Source: Rhizodiscina lignyota (taxonomy: Eukaryota). Taken from it: DNA of 64,000 nt. The position numbers and the translations under genes were made by a program. Every line of letters starts with the position of its first letter. Positions within the stretch are counted from its first letter, which is position 1. The stretch covers positions 3,348,001 through 3,412,000 of the forward strand of contig ML978121.1 in NCBI GenBank assembly GCA_010015805.1, given 5' to 3'. The notes under the pieces are model-generated. The model had not been told where the DNA came from. It was given only the letters and a program-made list of their open reading frames with translations, and did no database searches. Shown here piece after piece: positions 25,652 through 38,803 of the stretch.

Positions 25652-26403
25652 GTTCGAGGGATGGCAGATGCAAGGCGGGAGCTTGCGGCGATGAAAGATC
25701 AGACTGAGGATGCTGCAGGGCTCGGCCGCAGTCCCTCCGCAGTTCTTCCGAGCCCCCGAGACTCGTCTGTGCCCAAGTGCATGTTGCCCTGATCGATGGG
25801 ATGCAGCTCCACCTGCGGCCTCCCCCAAATCCGCCCCCGGCCAGGCGAACCAGTGATCGAGACAAGTCCTCCCTTCGAACCTGCGTGGAGGGGTTATCGT
25901 CTGCTGACGACTGGATACCTTGCTCGATCGCGTCACTGTCCCTCTCTTCCATTCGTGATCCCCTTCGATCACCACCATTCACTCACCGGAGGCCGAATTC
26001 ACGCAGACACCTGATTCACGACGAGGCATCGGCGCTGACCAGCCAAGCCGACGTTGGCAGCCTTCCCGACCGCTCTGACGCCGTTTACCTTCGATCCGCT
26101 AGCAAGCAGGGACGGCCTCACCACTCCTCAGGAACCCATCGTCGGACACGGGGCCGGCGAGGCACAAGGAGCAGTATTGAAAAGGGCTTGAAACGCTCTC
26201 GACTGCAGAGCGTCCATCCCTGCATACTGCCAACAGCACCGCCAACGCCGCACACCCTCAGACGCCGCACTATGTCCATGTCGCACTGCTCGACATAGAC
26301 GAGAACAAGACTCCTCAAGCTTCACCACTGGCTCGACTTGGCCATCACCGCTCGCTGGGCATTTGCTTGTGCCAGCGACGAGAGGTGAGGCCGTCGTCCG
26401 GTC

Positions 26404-28821
26404 ATGTTCACGACGCCTGCCCCAGCAGCACCAACGCTTTCCACAAATACGTCCGCCGCGTCTCCAAGCTCTCCTACTCGAGCGAGCAGGCTCCGCGGTC
26501 TACAGTACCTCCGGAGTTATACGCACAACCACCTTCACTCCCACTCTACTAGCTCTACCCCTCTGAACGGGAGCCTCCCTCCAGTCACACGATCACGAAG
26601 TACGCCAAGTGAAGCGAACCTAACACAGCGAAGCAACTCGGTGAGGAGTGTAGTGCGTGACCAATCACCAGCTACACATTTGCCAACACCAGAAGCTTCC
26701 TCTATCCAACGAAGCGCGAGCCCCGGTTCAACAGGCGGTTGGCTTCCCGCAGTTAGCCTCCGCAACGGCCTCTCCCGCCTCTCGACGGAGCTTGAATCTA
26801 CATCTTCTCGCGAAAGCAGTAGACGTGAACAAGCACCACCTGCGACTTCCAACGACACCTCGATGCGCAAAATGACGCGCAACCGCGCCGAAACCGCAGC
26901 ACCAGTGCTGCCACTGGTTGCTCGAGCTTCCTCAGCTGCACAACCTCCGGCGACTCGAACTATATCTGCACCTACACCCGATGTTCATGTGCAAGAACCT
27001 CCCCCTGCCTCATCCACACCGAACTCGCAGCTCCCCACCATACGCCTCATTCCGCACCAAGACACGCGCGCGAACCGGCCTTCTCTCGTCTTTCCTTCCA
27101 TTTCACGCACACTGCCTTCGCCTGCCTCGGTGATCCGCGTCGGTCGATATTCTGAGCGTGACTCGACTTCTGGCTATCAGAATGAGCCGAACCCTGGCAC
27201 ACCGTCGTCTGCACCAGTGGGATTCAAGAGCAAGGTGGTGAGCAGAAGACACTGCGAGTTCTGGTGCACTGCTTCCCAGTGGTACATTAAAGATGTTGGA
27301 AGTAGCAGTGGAACATTTCTCAACCATATCCGTCTCAGCCAGCCAGGTGTAGAGAGCAAGCCATATGCCGTGAACGATGGCGACGTCGTACAGCTGGGTA
27401 TCGATTTCAGGGGAGGTGAAGAGATGATATTCCGATGCGTCAAGATCCGCGTCGAGTGCAATAGAGGCTGGCAGAAAGGCCTAAATACATTCAAGTATGT
27501 CATGGTCATTTTCTTTTCATATCTGTTACCCTTTTAACCCTAGTTACTACTCCGTTTCTGGATGCAAGAGATTCTTTTTCGCTCATGACCTCTCTTCACA
27601 CAGCAAATCCACGCATAAACGCCTGCGCAACCTGGCAAAGTCGCAGCCCAAAAAGGACAGTGACGCTGCTTCGACCCACACTTCAGAGTGCTCAATTTGC
27701 CTCATGTCAATAGCTGTAAGTGGATATGTGGAAATTCAATTATGCAACGCTAATGATATCAACAGCCCTGCCAGTCTCTCTTCGTAGCTCCGTGCTCGCA
27801 CGTTTGGCACTATAAGTGCATCCGCCCAATCCTCAACGGCTCGACTTGGCCCAACTTCCTCTGTCCCAACTGCCGCGCTGTTGCCGATCTCGAAGCCGAT
27901 GTGGAAGAAGAGGACATAGACTGGAGTGAAGACGAAGATGTGGACAAAGATCCAGATATGAAGCGTGCGATAGAAGAGAGCCTCATCGATAACGGAAAGA
28001 CTAATGGTGCTGCAAGGACAGACGGAGAAGGCGAACCGATCAGAAGTCTCGATGTTACCGACGCAAGAGATACACAATCTGGAACCGTTGGACTCGCTCC
28101 TCCCCCTGAGCTGGACAAAATGTCAGCTGCTGCAACCAACGGCAGCGGCAGCAGGAGCAGAGACCACTCTGCGCATAGCTATGGCCAAGGTGCAAGCGAC
28201 AACATCCGAACGCCTCGACCACAACGCTCCTTCCGTAATGTCTCATCGACCTCCCAAAGCTCGGCGCGCCATGAGCGCGAGAACACTGCCATATTTGACG
28301 GAGACGCCGAGCTTGCAGCCTTGGTCGCAGGCATGAACTTTGCTGCGCCAGCGCGCACGCCGCCTCCACCACCTTCCTCGACGGGAGCAGGCCCAAGCCT
28401 TCCCATTCCGATCTCGGGGGCGGGAGCAGGCAGAGCCAGCAGCGAAGTGAGTCGAAAGAGCAGCAGGCAAGTTCCCCCAGTGGAAGAGCCGCGACGCAGT
28501 GGCAGCGTGCCTCCCATGTCTAGTCCAGTCTCACTGCGCGGCGTCAGTAGCAACAATCCAAACGAGACCAGCAGACTGGCCGATTCTCCAGATCCGGACG
28601 AGGGAGAGGCCACGATTCTGGCCTCTGCGATTCCAGTGAGTATCAGGAATGGGATTAATCGAGCCAATACTCCAAATGTGCTTAGCCCAACGACAGTTCA
28701 TAATTCGCATGAGGATGGAAGGCGAGGCTCTGCTGCGGAGATTGGTGGACCAGATTGCCCGATGACGCCGAGGAATGATGCAGGTCCGTTCATTTTGGAT
28801 GGGAGTGCAGGGAGGGGATAG
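26404..28821 (+). CDS. DMA1: FHA plus RING-H2 E3 ubiquitin ligase, 752 aa
   Basis: Exons 26404-27494, 27604-27715 and 27766-28821. FHA motifs VGR..FKSKVVSRRH..DVGSSSGTFLN; RING CSICLMSIAPCQSLFVAPCSHVWHYKC..CPNCR. Confidence 0.94.
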
Positions 28822-29530
28822 TGTGATGAGAGGGGTGTGGGAAATCGGATCGGGGAAATAAGATCGTACAGTCTGGGATTGGACGCTTCGCAGATGACAC
28901 AGTGTTTTGTTGCACTGCTAGTCATCAAGGGAACTTGGGAATACGTGGTCTGGTTTCCTGAATTTGCTGAGCGATCGAAGAATTTTGGTGCTGCGGCACA
29001 CCACTGGTCGTCAGAAGAGCGTGGGCATTTGTGCTCGGTTTGTTTGGGACGTACCGAGTGATGCGAGATCTCTTCGCAGAGCATGGTCGGGGGCGTTGTG
29101 CGGCGTTTTCCTCTCAGCATTCGTTTCGTGCCTTTATTTCCCCCTCTTCCCTTCTCATGTCGTCAAAATTTCCTTTTTCGGGTCTGCCAAAGGAGCGTTG
29201 CGGACCACACACACGACGAAGTGTGTTCACGGGTCCGAATCTGGCAGATGGATTCAACAGCGTGTTTATACCTTTGAAGCGGTCGGCGGAGTACCGTTCT
29301 TGAAGGCTTGCTCTTTTTGCAGATACACACCCTAATCTCGAATCAAACATGTCTGAGTTATGTACGATTGGTTCGCTTTTTTATCTGCGCAAATCTGTAC
29401 AGAATGGGTCCACTTTTGGGGACAATATTCTTTCAAACCTTCAGGGAGTCTCGCAGGAGAAGCATTCGCTGTTTAAGTGGAAGCTGGTCTCTGCCAAGCG
29501 GCTCTAAGCAACGCATGGGAGCTTAATCTT

Positions 29531-30675
29531 TCACAGCTTTGCCTGGAAGCCACTGCCAGCATTAGGTGGACGAAGTGGAACCCAGAATTCGCCCTGGCCA
29601 ACTTTGACTCCTTTCGCCACGACGCTAACAGTCTTCTTCTCCGCATCCCAGTGCATCTCGGCTCCTCCGCCTCGCAACGAGATCTGCTCTGCCACCAAAT
29701 TGCTCTTCCCCAGCTTCGCTCCCCAGTACGGCGCAAGGGAGGCATACGTCGAGCCAGTTGCTTGATCTGTATCGCAGATCGAGTATCAGAAAGATGCCCC
29801 GCCAGAACACAACAAACTCAAGAGACACACTCACCTTCACCGCCGAACGCGAATACCCTCTTGAAGAAGTCGGCGCCGCGCGTCCCTCGTCCTGCGCTGG
29901 TTATCACCTGGCTTCTCGTGCCAGGCGGACTGGCCTTCAGCATGGCTTTCGGATCGATTGCCATTGCACGCGCGGAAAAGTCTCGATGCGGAGGCAACTC
30001 GACGATGATATCCTTGATTTCGTTCTCGGCAATCGCCACGATGTCATTCACGCTGATGCCCAACGCTTCCGCGAAAGCGCGCTTGGTGCTGTCTGTCACG
30101 CTGCCGGGGGTGACAGCGTCCTCGGGGAACTGCATCGTGACATGTGCAGGAGTGAAGGGACCGCCTTTGTTCGAGGGCGGCGCTACCTCGATCGAGATGG
30201 TGATCCCAATCTTTGTCTTGATAGTGAAGGATGTGGACCGCGTGTGCTCTGCCAGGGCCAAGGCTATTCCCACGGTACCATGGCCACAAAAGCGTTCTTC
30301 AGCGATGGGAGTAAACCATCGCGCTGTGTAGGTATTTCCTGAATCGCGGCGGACGAAGCTGTGCTCTGCTTGGTTCATCTCGCTGTTGAGCGTGTTAGTA
30401 CGAGAAACATTAACTGGCGTCGTGTTGATGCGAAATGCAATAGAGATGGACGCACGAAGAGACCGTCTGGAGGATGGAGTCTTCGGGCCATGGTTTAGAG
30501 TCATCGAGAATGAAAATTGGCGTGGAATTGCCGGAGTAAGGCCTATCGGTCATCGTGTCGTAGATCACCTTTGTAGACCTGGTCAGTCTGAGGGACTGAA
30601 ATGAGCAGAGGTTTAAGACCATACATAGCGGAAGACGTGGGCAACACCAGTGCTACTGTCCCTTTGGTGAGCCAT
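29531..30675 (-). CDS. PhzF/diaminopimelate-epimerase-fold protein with C-terminal AKL, 315 aa
   Basis: Exons 30675-30625, 30568-30456, 30382-29835 and 29766-29531 (948 nt). Motifs TDRPYSGN, EMNQAEHSFV, RWFTP..EERFCGHGT, EDQATGS, LAPYW and SLRGG. Confidence 0.88.
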
Positions 30676-32124
30676 TGTTTTCTGATTATATTTTGACGTT
30701 TGATAGAGGCGATTCTAGTTTGGCATTGAACTACAAGTGAGGCAGGAAGAGTCCGAGGACATTGAATTGATAGAGAGATGGATTATAAACCAAATGTATA
30801 GCGAATCCAGGCATAGAGACTCCGTCAATATCAGAAGATAAACAATTATACGTCACCAAAGCTTGCCGATGAACCGACTTGATATCGCCTATTTGGGAAA
30901 ATAGTTCCTTGCTGCAAAGAATAGGGTTTATGATGAACAACAGTCTCCCCTCCTAACATTACAAATGAAGGAAGGAATGCCATGGAGACATACACTGTGC
31001 CATGGTAATAAGATTTAAAAAAAAAAGCGTGGCAATAGAATGTTCTTCCATTCGCCGGTATGTGGGCGATGGTGTATGGAAAGGAGAGGGATCGGGGCAA
31101 AGGCAGCTTCTAAGAGCCCATACGGCTCATATCCTCTCTATCTGGTGGAAGGCCATTATGATTATCTTTTGCCCTTGTTCTAGTCAATGTTTTGATAAAC
31201 TGGGGTGCCATTTATGGATTCATTGCAAAGAAATTGAAGAAAAAAAAAATTGAGTGCATCGGACGCGGGACTCGACTGAGGTACCAAGTCAGCAACTTGG
31301 CAAATAATAATGACTGTCCAATGAACTTACACCCGCAGCCTCCAGATTCCGGCTTAGAAGTCTGGCGCGCTACCATTGCGCCAGCCCGACTGAAAATTTC
31401 ACTCGAAAAATCCCGAAGAAATCTATATACTAAAATAGCAAAAACGAAAAAGCGCTCTCACATACCCTGGATTCCAAGACATTCATTAGTCAATTGCACA
31501 ATTGCCTTTACGTGTTAAACGTTGTGTTGAGTGTTCTCGCTTTTACAATTTTTCCCCCCACTGTTAAAATTGTCGAACTGGTTTCACGAAGGATCAGGAG
31601 TTTCTATTTCCTGCTTGCTGTGCTCAAATTGAGCACAAAGCCCGATAACTCCAATCGCGATATTTGCATTTTCCCACTTTGGCAACATCTAACCTGCATG
31701 CCTAGCGCAGCAATTCAGCAATCGCTCGACTGTCTCCAAACTACAGGAACATTCCGAAAACTTTCTGTCTGACGTGCTGCTGACGATGGAACATTAATAT
31801 AAAGCTCCTCCGCACCCGCAGCTGAACTTGCGGCTCCTTCGGCCCCAATGTTAAAATTGACATTCACAGAAAAACATGATTCCAGTTTGGTGCACAGTCT
31901 TATTTCGAGAAATTTGGGTTTTATATTCTCATCGTTATCATCTCTCATGTCTCAGATAGATAAATCCCCATAAGAAAAGTTTTTGATGCATCGCCCGGGA
32001 TAATGTGAGTATTGCTCATTACAAAAAATAGTCGCAACCCATTCAAATGCCGTAGTGGTGTCCAATTTTCCCGCTCATGAATAGCCCCCGAACCAACACC
32101 TCGACTTGAGATCGAGTCAGTGCT

Positions 32125-32827
32125 TTACCAGCCGTAGCTGCCGGCAGTCTTGGTCGTGCAGTAGGTGGAGGTCTCATAGCACTTCTCCTTCTCGGTCTTG
32201 TACTCAGTCTCCGTGCAGACAGACTAGGAAAAGAGTTAGACAATGCTCCACTAGTATAGCACTGGGTCAGATCTGCTCACCTTAGATTCGGTTTTGGTAA
32301 CGTAGGATGATTCGGTCTTGGTGGGGATCTTCTTGACTTCGGTCTCAGTGCTGTAGAAGGTGTAGGGAACCTCGTAGTACTGGGTCGAGGTGTAGTAGAA
32401 GACCTTGGTGTATGGCTTCTTGACGATCTTGGACTTCTTCTCTTCCTTGACCTTGGTCTTGGTCTCGTAGCAGGTCGAGAGGAAGTAAGTTGGGACCTCC
32501 TTGGTCTTGGTCACGGGAACCCCTGCTGGATGTTAGCTTCGATCGTACTGATTCGCATCGAAGGGTGATCCGTACAAACTGTCTTGGTCTCTAGGATTGT
32601 CTTGGGGATCGTGGTGTAGCTGTAGGTCTCGATGGTTTTCGTCGAGCACTCGGTCTTGTACGACTTGGATGGCTTGGTAGAGGTAGATTTGCCATAGCCA
32701 GGGGCGCCACCAGGAGAGGCAACGGCGAAGCTGGAATGTTGTTAGCATGTTGTACATTGAGGCATACGATCCACGTGGGCACATACGTCGAGGCCAGAAG
32801 GGCCACAAATGCAGTAGCGAAGTACAT
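32125..32827 (-). CDS. Secreted Thr/Lys/Tyr/Glu-rich low-complexity protein, 178 aa
   Basis: Exons 32827-32787, 32730-32576, 32522-32281 and 32223-32125 (537 nt; three 53-57-nt introns, each with CTAAC). Signal peptide MYFATAFVALLASTFAVA. Very strong C/G-ending codon bias. Confidence 0.88.
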
Positions 32828-35800
32828 TTTGGTGATTAGGGATTAAGATGAAGATGATATAGAGTAACGATTAGTCTTGAAGCGAGAGAATTATGGCAAT
32901 AGCCTTTTGATCTTTGATTGAACTGCTGAAGTGCTTGCAGGATGAATCCAGAATTGTTCGAGCAGAAGGCCCGTCTTTATACCCATTGTGCCAATTGTCC
33001 CTCTCGTATGATTCCGCACCCACGCTAACTATTCAGCAACTCTCGCCCCGTCATGCCCCTCCACTGTCTAGACTTCGTTGTTTGCCGAGCTCCATGCCAG
33101 CGCTCGACCGCTCGTGCTCGATGATCTATCAATACTACATGCAGGCGGCTGCGGTTCAGCGCCCGCGAGAGCGGAGAGCAAGGGCTTCAACAAGAGGAAT
33201 TACCTTACAGATTCTCCAAATCGGGACAAGGCAAAACAGCGAATACGGTCAAGTCGTTTAACTTGGTGGGCACTATGGGCACTATGCACAAGGTACGTGC
33301 CAAGACCTATCAGATCAGACCTGATCCGCAGGAGGCGCGCGGGCTGAGTGGATGGTAAGCAAGTTCAGCCTCGTGCATTGGCAAACTAGCGTAGGAACGG
33401 TCCCAGGTTCCTGTTGAGTGTCAGTGATTTTTGCCATCGAACCACGTGCGCGAGGGAGTACGAGAGACTAGGCTCGGGTTAGCGTGAGCAATCCTCTGGA
33501 TCCTAGTGCTCGGCAGCTTGCATGCAAAAGACCCATGATGTAAATCTGACCGAACCAATGGTAGTGCTCTAAGTATAACCGGATGCAGATGGGGAAAAGG
33601 GAAAACCTATTGAAAGGTCCACAATAGCGTGGTTTACTTTGCTGACTTAGTGGCCTGAGCTTGTCACGAAGTAGTGGGTGATGTCAAAAGAAACGCTGAG
33701 AGGTGTACAAGATCATGATCCAGCGAATGGTTACCAGGCTACCCCTCGTATGGCAGATCGACCACGAGCGGAAGAGGCGGAAGGGGTCTGGGTTGTAAAA
33801 ATAGCCCTGGTTCTCCTTCCTTTGCAGGATTTTTGTTGAACGTGATACTACAAAGTAGAGGCATCCTCCACTCTGCCAAGCGGAATATATTGGAATATCG
33901 GCGGGTGAGAACCTTACCTACTCGCGCAAAGGACTTTTCATCCCACACAACCTCGTGAAAGTGTCATCGAGGGTCTGAAAGAGAGTTCTGAGTAAAGCGC
34001 AGCACCCGGTCCTCGGCGTGCATCTAGTCATGGAAACTTTGACCGGCACGCAGGACCGAACCAAATCATTGACATGCTGCAATTATGACGTGTGAAGCCG
34101 CATGCAGTTGCAGAGGTGCTTCTAGGCGCGAGAGGTGCTGCTGGCGGTTGAATGTGAAGTCGAGGACGGAGCCTTTCCTCAGCTGTCAAAAAACTCTTTC
34201 TGCCCCACAGACTAATTTTAGGAAAGCCACCCGCTTGACAGCGCTCCTGGCGCGCGGGGAATCCCAGCAGAGAAGGCCGCCTCTTTTCGGCAACGTTTTC
34301 TAGAAAGGGCGGGTGTGCCCAATGCACAAACTATTGATATTACTAGGATGTGCCATTTCACCTAGAGACAAGATCGATTTTCACAGGCTGACTGGACAAG
34401 GCCTGCGCGTGATCAGTACGTACTATGCACGTTGAGCCTCTTCCATCCTTTGCCTTCCTACCGTAATCGCCACTGCTGCAGGCTGTGCACAGAGCAGTAC
34501 GAGAAGTGAAAGCCTTCACTGGCCCACGCAGTTCCCTCCGTTTGTGCAAGGACCAATGGCAACGGTGAGCACCGAAAAACAAGCATCCACGCAGCGGCAC
34601 AGGTGAGGAGAGGCAGGCAACAAAAATCGGATCGTATTTCGATTCGAACAATGTTTGCTGTTCCTTGATATTCCCTGCCTCAACCTAGAGCGCGCGTCGA
34701 TCAACCTCTTCAGGCCGTAAACGACTGCAAGCGGTAATAAGCCCATGGCTTGTGGAGCGCTTGCCGGGGCTGCCGAGTTCGGCCACTTCAGTGGATTTTC
34801 TCATCGTGATTGACCACTGTGAGGAAGTGCCGCTTTGCACCGCTCGTTTTCCTCGATGGATCGCGTCGTCCCTGCTTTAATGCTGCTCAGAAAAGAAACT
34901 CGTGCAGTTCTCCTCAGCACGAAGGATGTCTCCGGCCGCCCCTGGTCTGTTGAAGATGAGCAGGACGAGAGTTTCTCCAAGGTTGCTCTTTGTAGCCTAT
35001 TCTAAGTTAGGCTTTCACGTGACGGTGACCCCGGAACGGATTAAACGATTTCCGTCCGGTCAACCTCTGCCGTCCCAGCCTCTCCAGTCTGGCCGCCAAC
35101 CGAGTGGAGACTGCGCCTCCTCGATTGGAAAACGGCCTCAATTTCTGTCTATGCCATCCTTGCCATCGTTGTTCGACGAGTTAATTTTTCTAGCCGCCGG
35201 TCAGAGACGCTCCGGAGGGATGGACATCATTCCACGGTTGACGTTGCTACAGTATGCATTGTTCCGCGGCCCACCGATGAGAATAATTTCGCCCACAAGA
35301 GTCTCCAAACATCGTGGATGCCTAGGTAGGCGATTAGCGATAATTGGATCTGACATCCGGGCCTATACGCGCCCTTGCTCGGTACCGATTTAACAGATGG
35401 ACCATTGTCTGACGTGTGAGACTCAGATTTGCTGATAAGGATCTCGTACCTACAGATAGAACGAGGTTGCACTGATACCAAGGCAATCACAAGAGAGCAT
35501 TTGCTCGATTTTGGGCAATTGCGAAGAGAGACACTAGCGAGGCAGTTGGCGTTTGCATCCCAGTCATGAATGTACACATCACCGGGGAAGTGCCCCCCAT
35601 GTCAGTGAAGTGGCCGAATGCAGTGTGGAGTAATGAGTTTCCTCGCCTAATTCGCGAGTCATCGCCTATTTGCCTGTCGCTGCAGTTCTCCACGCTGCGA
35701 GAGAGCTGGTCCTTGGCCTGCATAACTGTGGACTTTTACTTGCATGTCAACAACGTGACTTGATGACTCTCACGCCAGGACATGAGAGCCAACTTGGCTT

Positions 35801-38800
35801 CAACTTGGATTTCGGAAACAAATCTGGCAAAATTCTCGTATGACAGCTATTCACGGAAACCGTACCCGCTTTTTGTTTCATTGGTCTTAATAATTGAGTT
35901 CTGTCCAAGCATTTCAACCACGTTTGGAACGAGGCGACAGAGTTCGTATGCTCGCCGGTGCAGCAAAGCAGCTTGCAGCTTGCCACTTATTCACAATAAT
36001 AATGCGTAGCATTCATCCAAGGTTCTGTGTGGGAGCATTCAGGAACCAACTCAGCCATGGGTTGCAGTTGATACCCTTGCCGTGGTGCTGAATGTCGTCC
36101 CATTTGCATCCTCAAGGCCATGGCTGAATGCAGAATCCAGTGTTCGAGGACGCGAAAGCAAGTTTGTCACACCGAATCCAGCCTCTCAGAGTAAATCTTC
36201 AGCGCCATTCGGTTTACCGACGTACTGATTCAACTAAGCGATGTTGGCAGGAGGAGAATCCGTGGGCCTTGGCGTCGATGCGATCGTTATGGCTGAGCAG
36301 AGAGGCTGGGTGGCCACCTCCTTTTCAGACCACAACTGCATACGGAACGGTGGACAAATTCGTGTCAAATCAACCGACACGTGCAAACCCTTCTGGTTCT
36401 CTTCATACTAATTCTTTCTAAGCGAGAACCCTTTACATTTCGCCTCCGCAGCCTTCAAATCTGCTTGGTCCTGAACGTTGAACAAGCTGGAAGACTCGGC
36501 CAACATTACGCCGCTGCGATCGTGGCCACGGCATATTGCCTCAGTGATCGTGTCACATTATAGTGGACACTTCATCAGATCGGCGCTCAGAAATCGATGC
36601 CCGTGCTATGGCTGCACTCTGGCCTGCGAAACGCCCTCGCTTTGTGTCAAGCTCCGCACCGGCATAAGTCGTTACGGATCGTCGCCCTCACACGGAATCG
36701 TGTAGAGATCAAGAAGTTGGTCTCTTGAGACGATCATCTGGGTTGTGCTAGTTGCCAGCTTTCGTTTGCTCTCCCTGTGCCATGGAGCCCTTTTCTACTT
36801 CCCTATGCTCATACAATCCTTTGGTCTACAATCTCAATGTCTCTCAGGAGCTTAATGGCACCACAAAGCTTTTGCAGGCCTTCCAGCTGCTCTACAGCCA
36901 GGAATTCTAGAGGCAACAATACCTAGAGTTCCGAACCGTGTATTATGATTACGACCAAGCGACAATGTCGGTGCGAAGTAGGTCTGATAAAGCACCGTCT
37001 TCGTCCCTTAGTGTTGGTAGAGTAAGTACGAGAAGAGTTGGACAGACCGATCGAATATTGAAATCAAGCAGAGAGCTACATCACAAACTTTCCGTAATAT
37101 TGATTTCCTCACTTTCCTTGTTTGGGTCTCATACACTTCTTCTTCCCTTCCTTTGCTGATAACATTCATATTTAGATCGCCTGCTTCTTGCTCCTATTCC
37201 AGATACTCAGGCAAACACCCATCTTTTTGCTTCTACTGAGAAACGCTCTACTGCGCCCCTCTTCTTCCTCTTTCTCCTAATCAGGCCATCTTCTCCGACC
37301 CAGCAAGAGCCTGAGTATGGTACAAACTCTCAGACGACAGTCTTATTTTGCAACTAGCAATACTGAGTCTGTATGAAGGCCTATCCTGCTTCGAGGCTGC
37401 GCACCGGAGCAGCCTCCCCCAGCAAACATGTGCTCCGAAATCGCCCACTTCCTCTACTTCTCTTTCTATCCAGATCGCTGGGCATCGAGACCCGATCCTC
37501 GGAGCTATCCTGAAGGCCAACCGCGCGCAGACTCGAGATGTGGTACAGCAGGCTGGCTAACAAATGGTCGACCGAAAGGCAGCTGTGCTTTGCGGGCTAT
37601 CCGATAATATCAATTCGACGCCATGAACGAATGTAAGCTTCGTCTAGCAGTGGAATCTAGACGTGGCTGAAATCAGATGTGGTTGTACCTTTGGAGCAAT
37701 TACGTATCCTTCGGTTAGATGAGTATAGAGATCGGTACGCTAAAGACCTCTGGTCCCGCACAACTTCCTACGGCTCGGGGAAGATGCAAATAGCGTGCAC
37801 TTACCACATTTTCTACTTATGCTGACAAAAAACTTTTAGATCAATACTTTTTGGCGATAGATTTTAGCAAAAGCTAATAATCGTTCTCACACATGCGGCT
37901 GACGGGATGTTTGGCCAGCCTATGACAGAGGCATAGCTTTCGGCCCTAATTTCAGCTTCCCCTCTTCACAGCAAACGGATGGGGAGTAGCCGTAAAAGCG
38001 ATCACTGACTCTCGCAGCAACTCTGCCATCTCTCGTCTCGCATCGCAATCCGAGGGCTACTGTGACAGAATTTTCTCGGAATCTCTACGCGTAGAGTAAC
38101 AGCGCCACCATTCTACCTGCGAACACCATCTGCCAGAGCCTACCTTCATAGAGTGTGAGCTACACCTTGTTGTGTCTCAGTGACGCGGTTTGCGCAGCCA
38201 TTGACGACTGTGGACGATATTCGTTTCGTCACGGCTCTGGATGTCGGCAAAGGACTAAGTCCCAGCAGACGGCTACACAAGACAGGCAGGAAAACTCCTC
38301 AAGAGCATGAATGTCACTGGAAATGTTTTTCCTCGGTATCGGTTTGCGGTGGTGGCTCAAACGAGATTGGAACGCAGACGGGGCATAATCCATTTACGGT
38401 TCTGGCCCCTGGGGACTACTGAACGAAAGGAATCGAATAGCTTCCGGTGCTCCTGGAGGTTTACTACAGGGCATCAGAGCTGAGCAGCGGAGCAATTTGA
38501 GTTGTGGCGTCTGTGTATTGATGTCTCCAATCTTGCAATTTCCTAGAAGTGATATGCTGGTCTATATGGACGAGTCAATAACTACTTAAACAGGAAATAC
38601 CGGCTTATGCCATTAATTAGCCTCAAATGGAGCTTACGGTATTGGGTATCAATATGCAATCTTCGTCTGACAGCTCTATCTCAACGAAACACAGACCAAT
38701 TGCTTACCGAACTTAAAATACACCACTGGGTATCATGCAATGCGGGCCAGACTCCGTATGTACCAAGGCTCTCCAATCTGTCCAATGCAAAACATGCTCG

Positions 38801-38803
38801 AAA

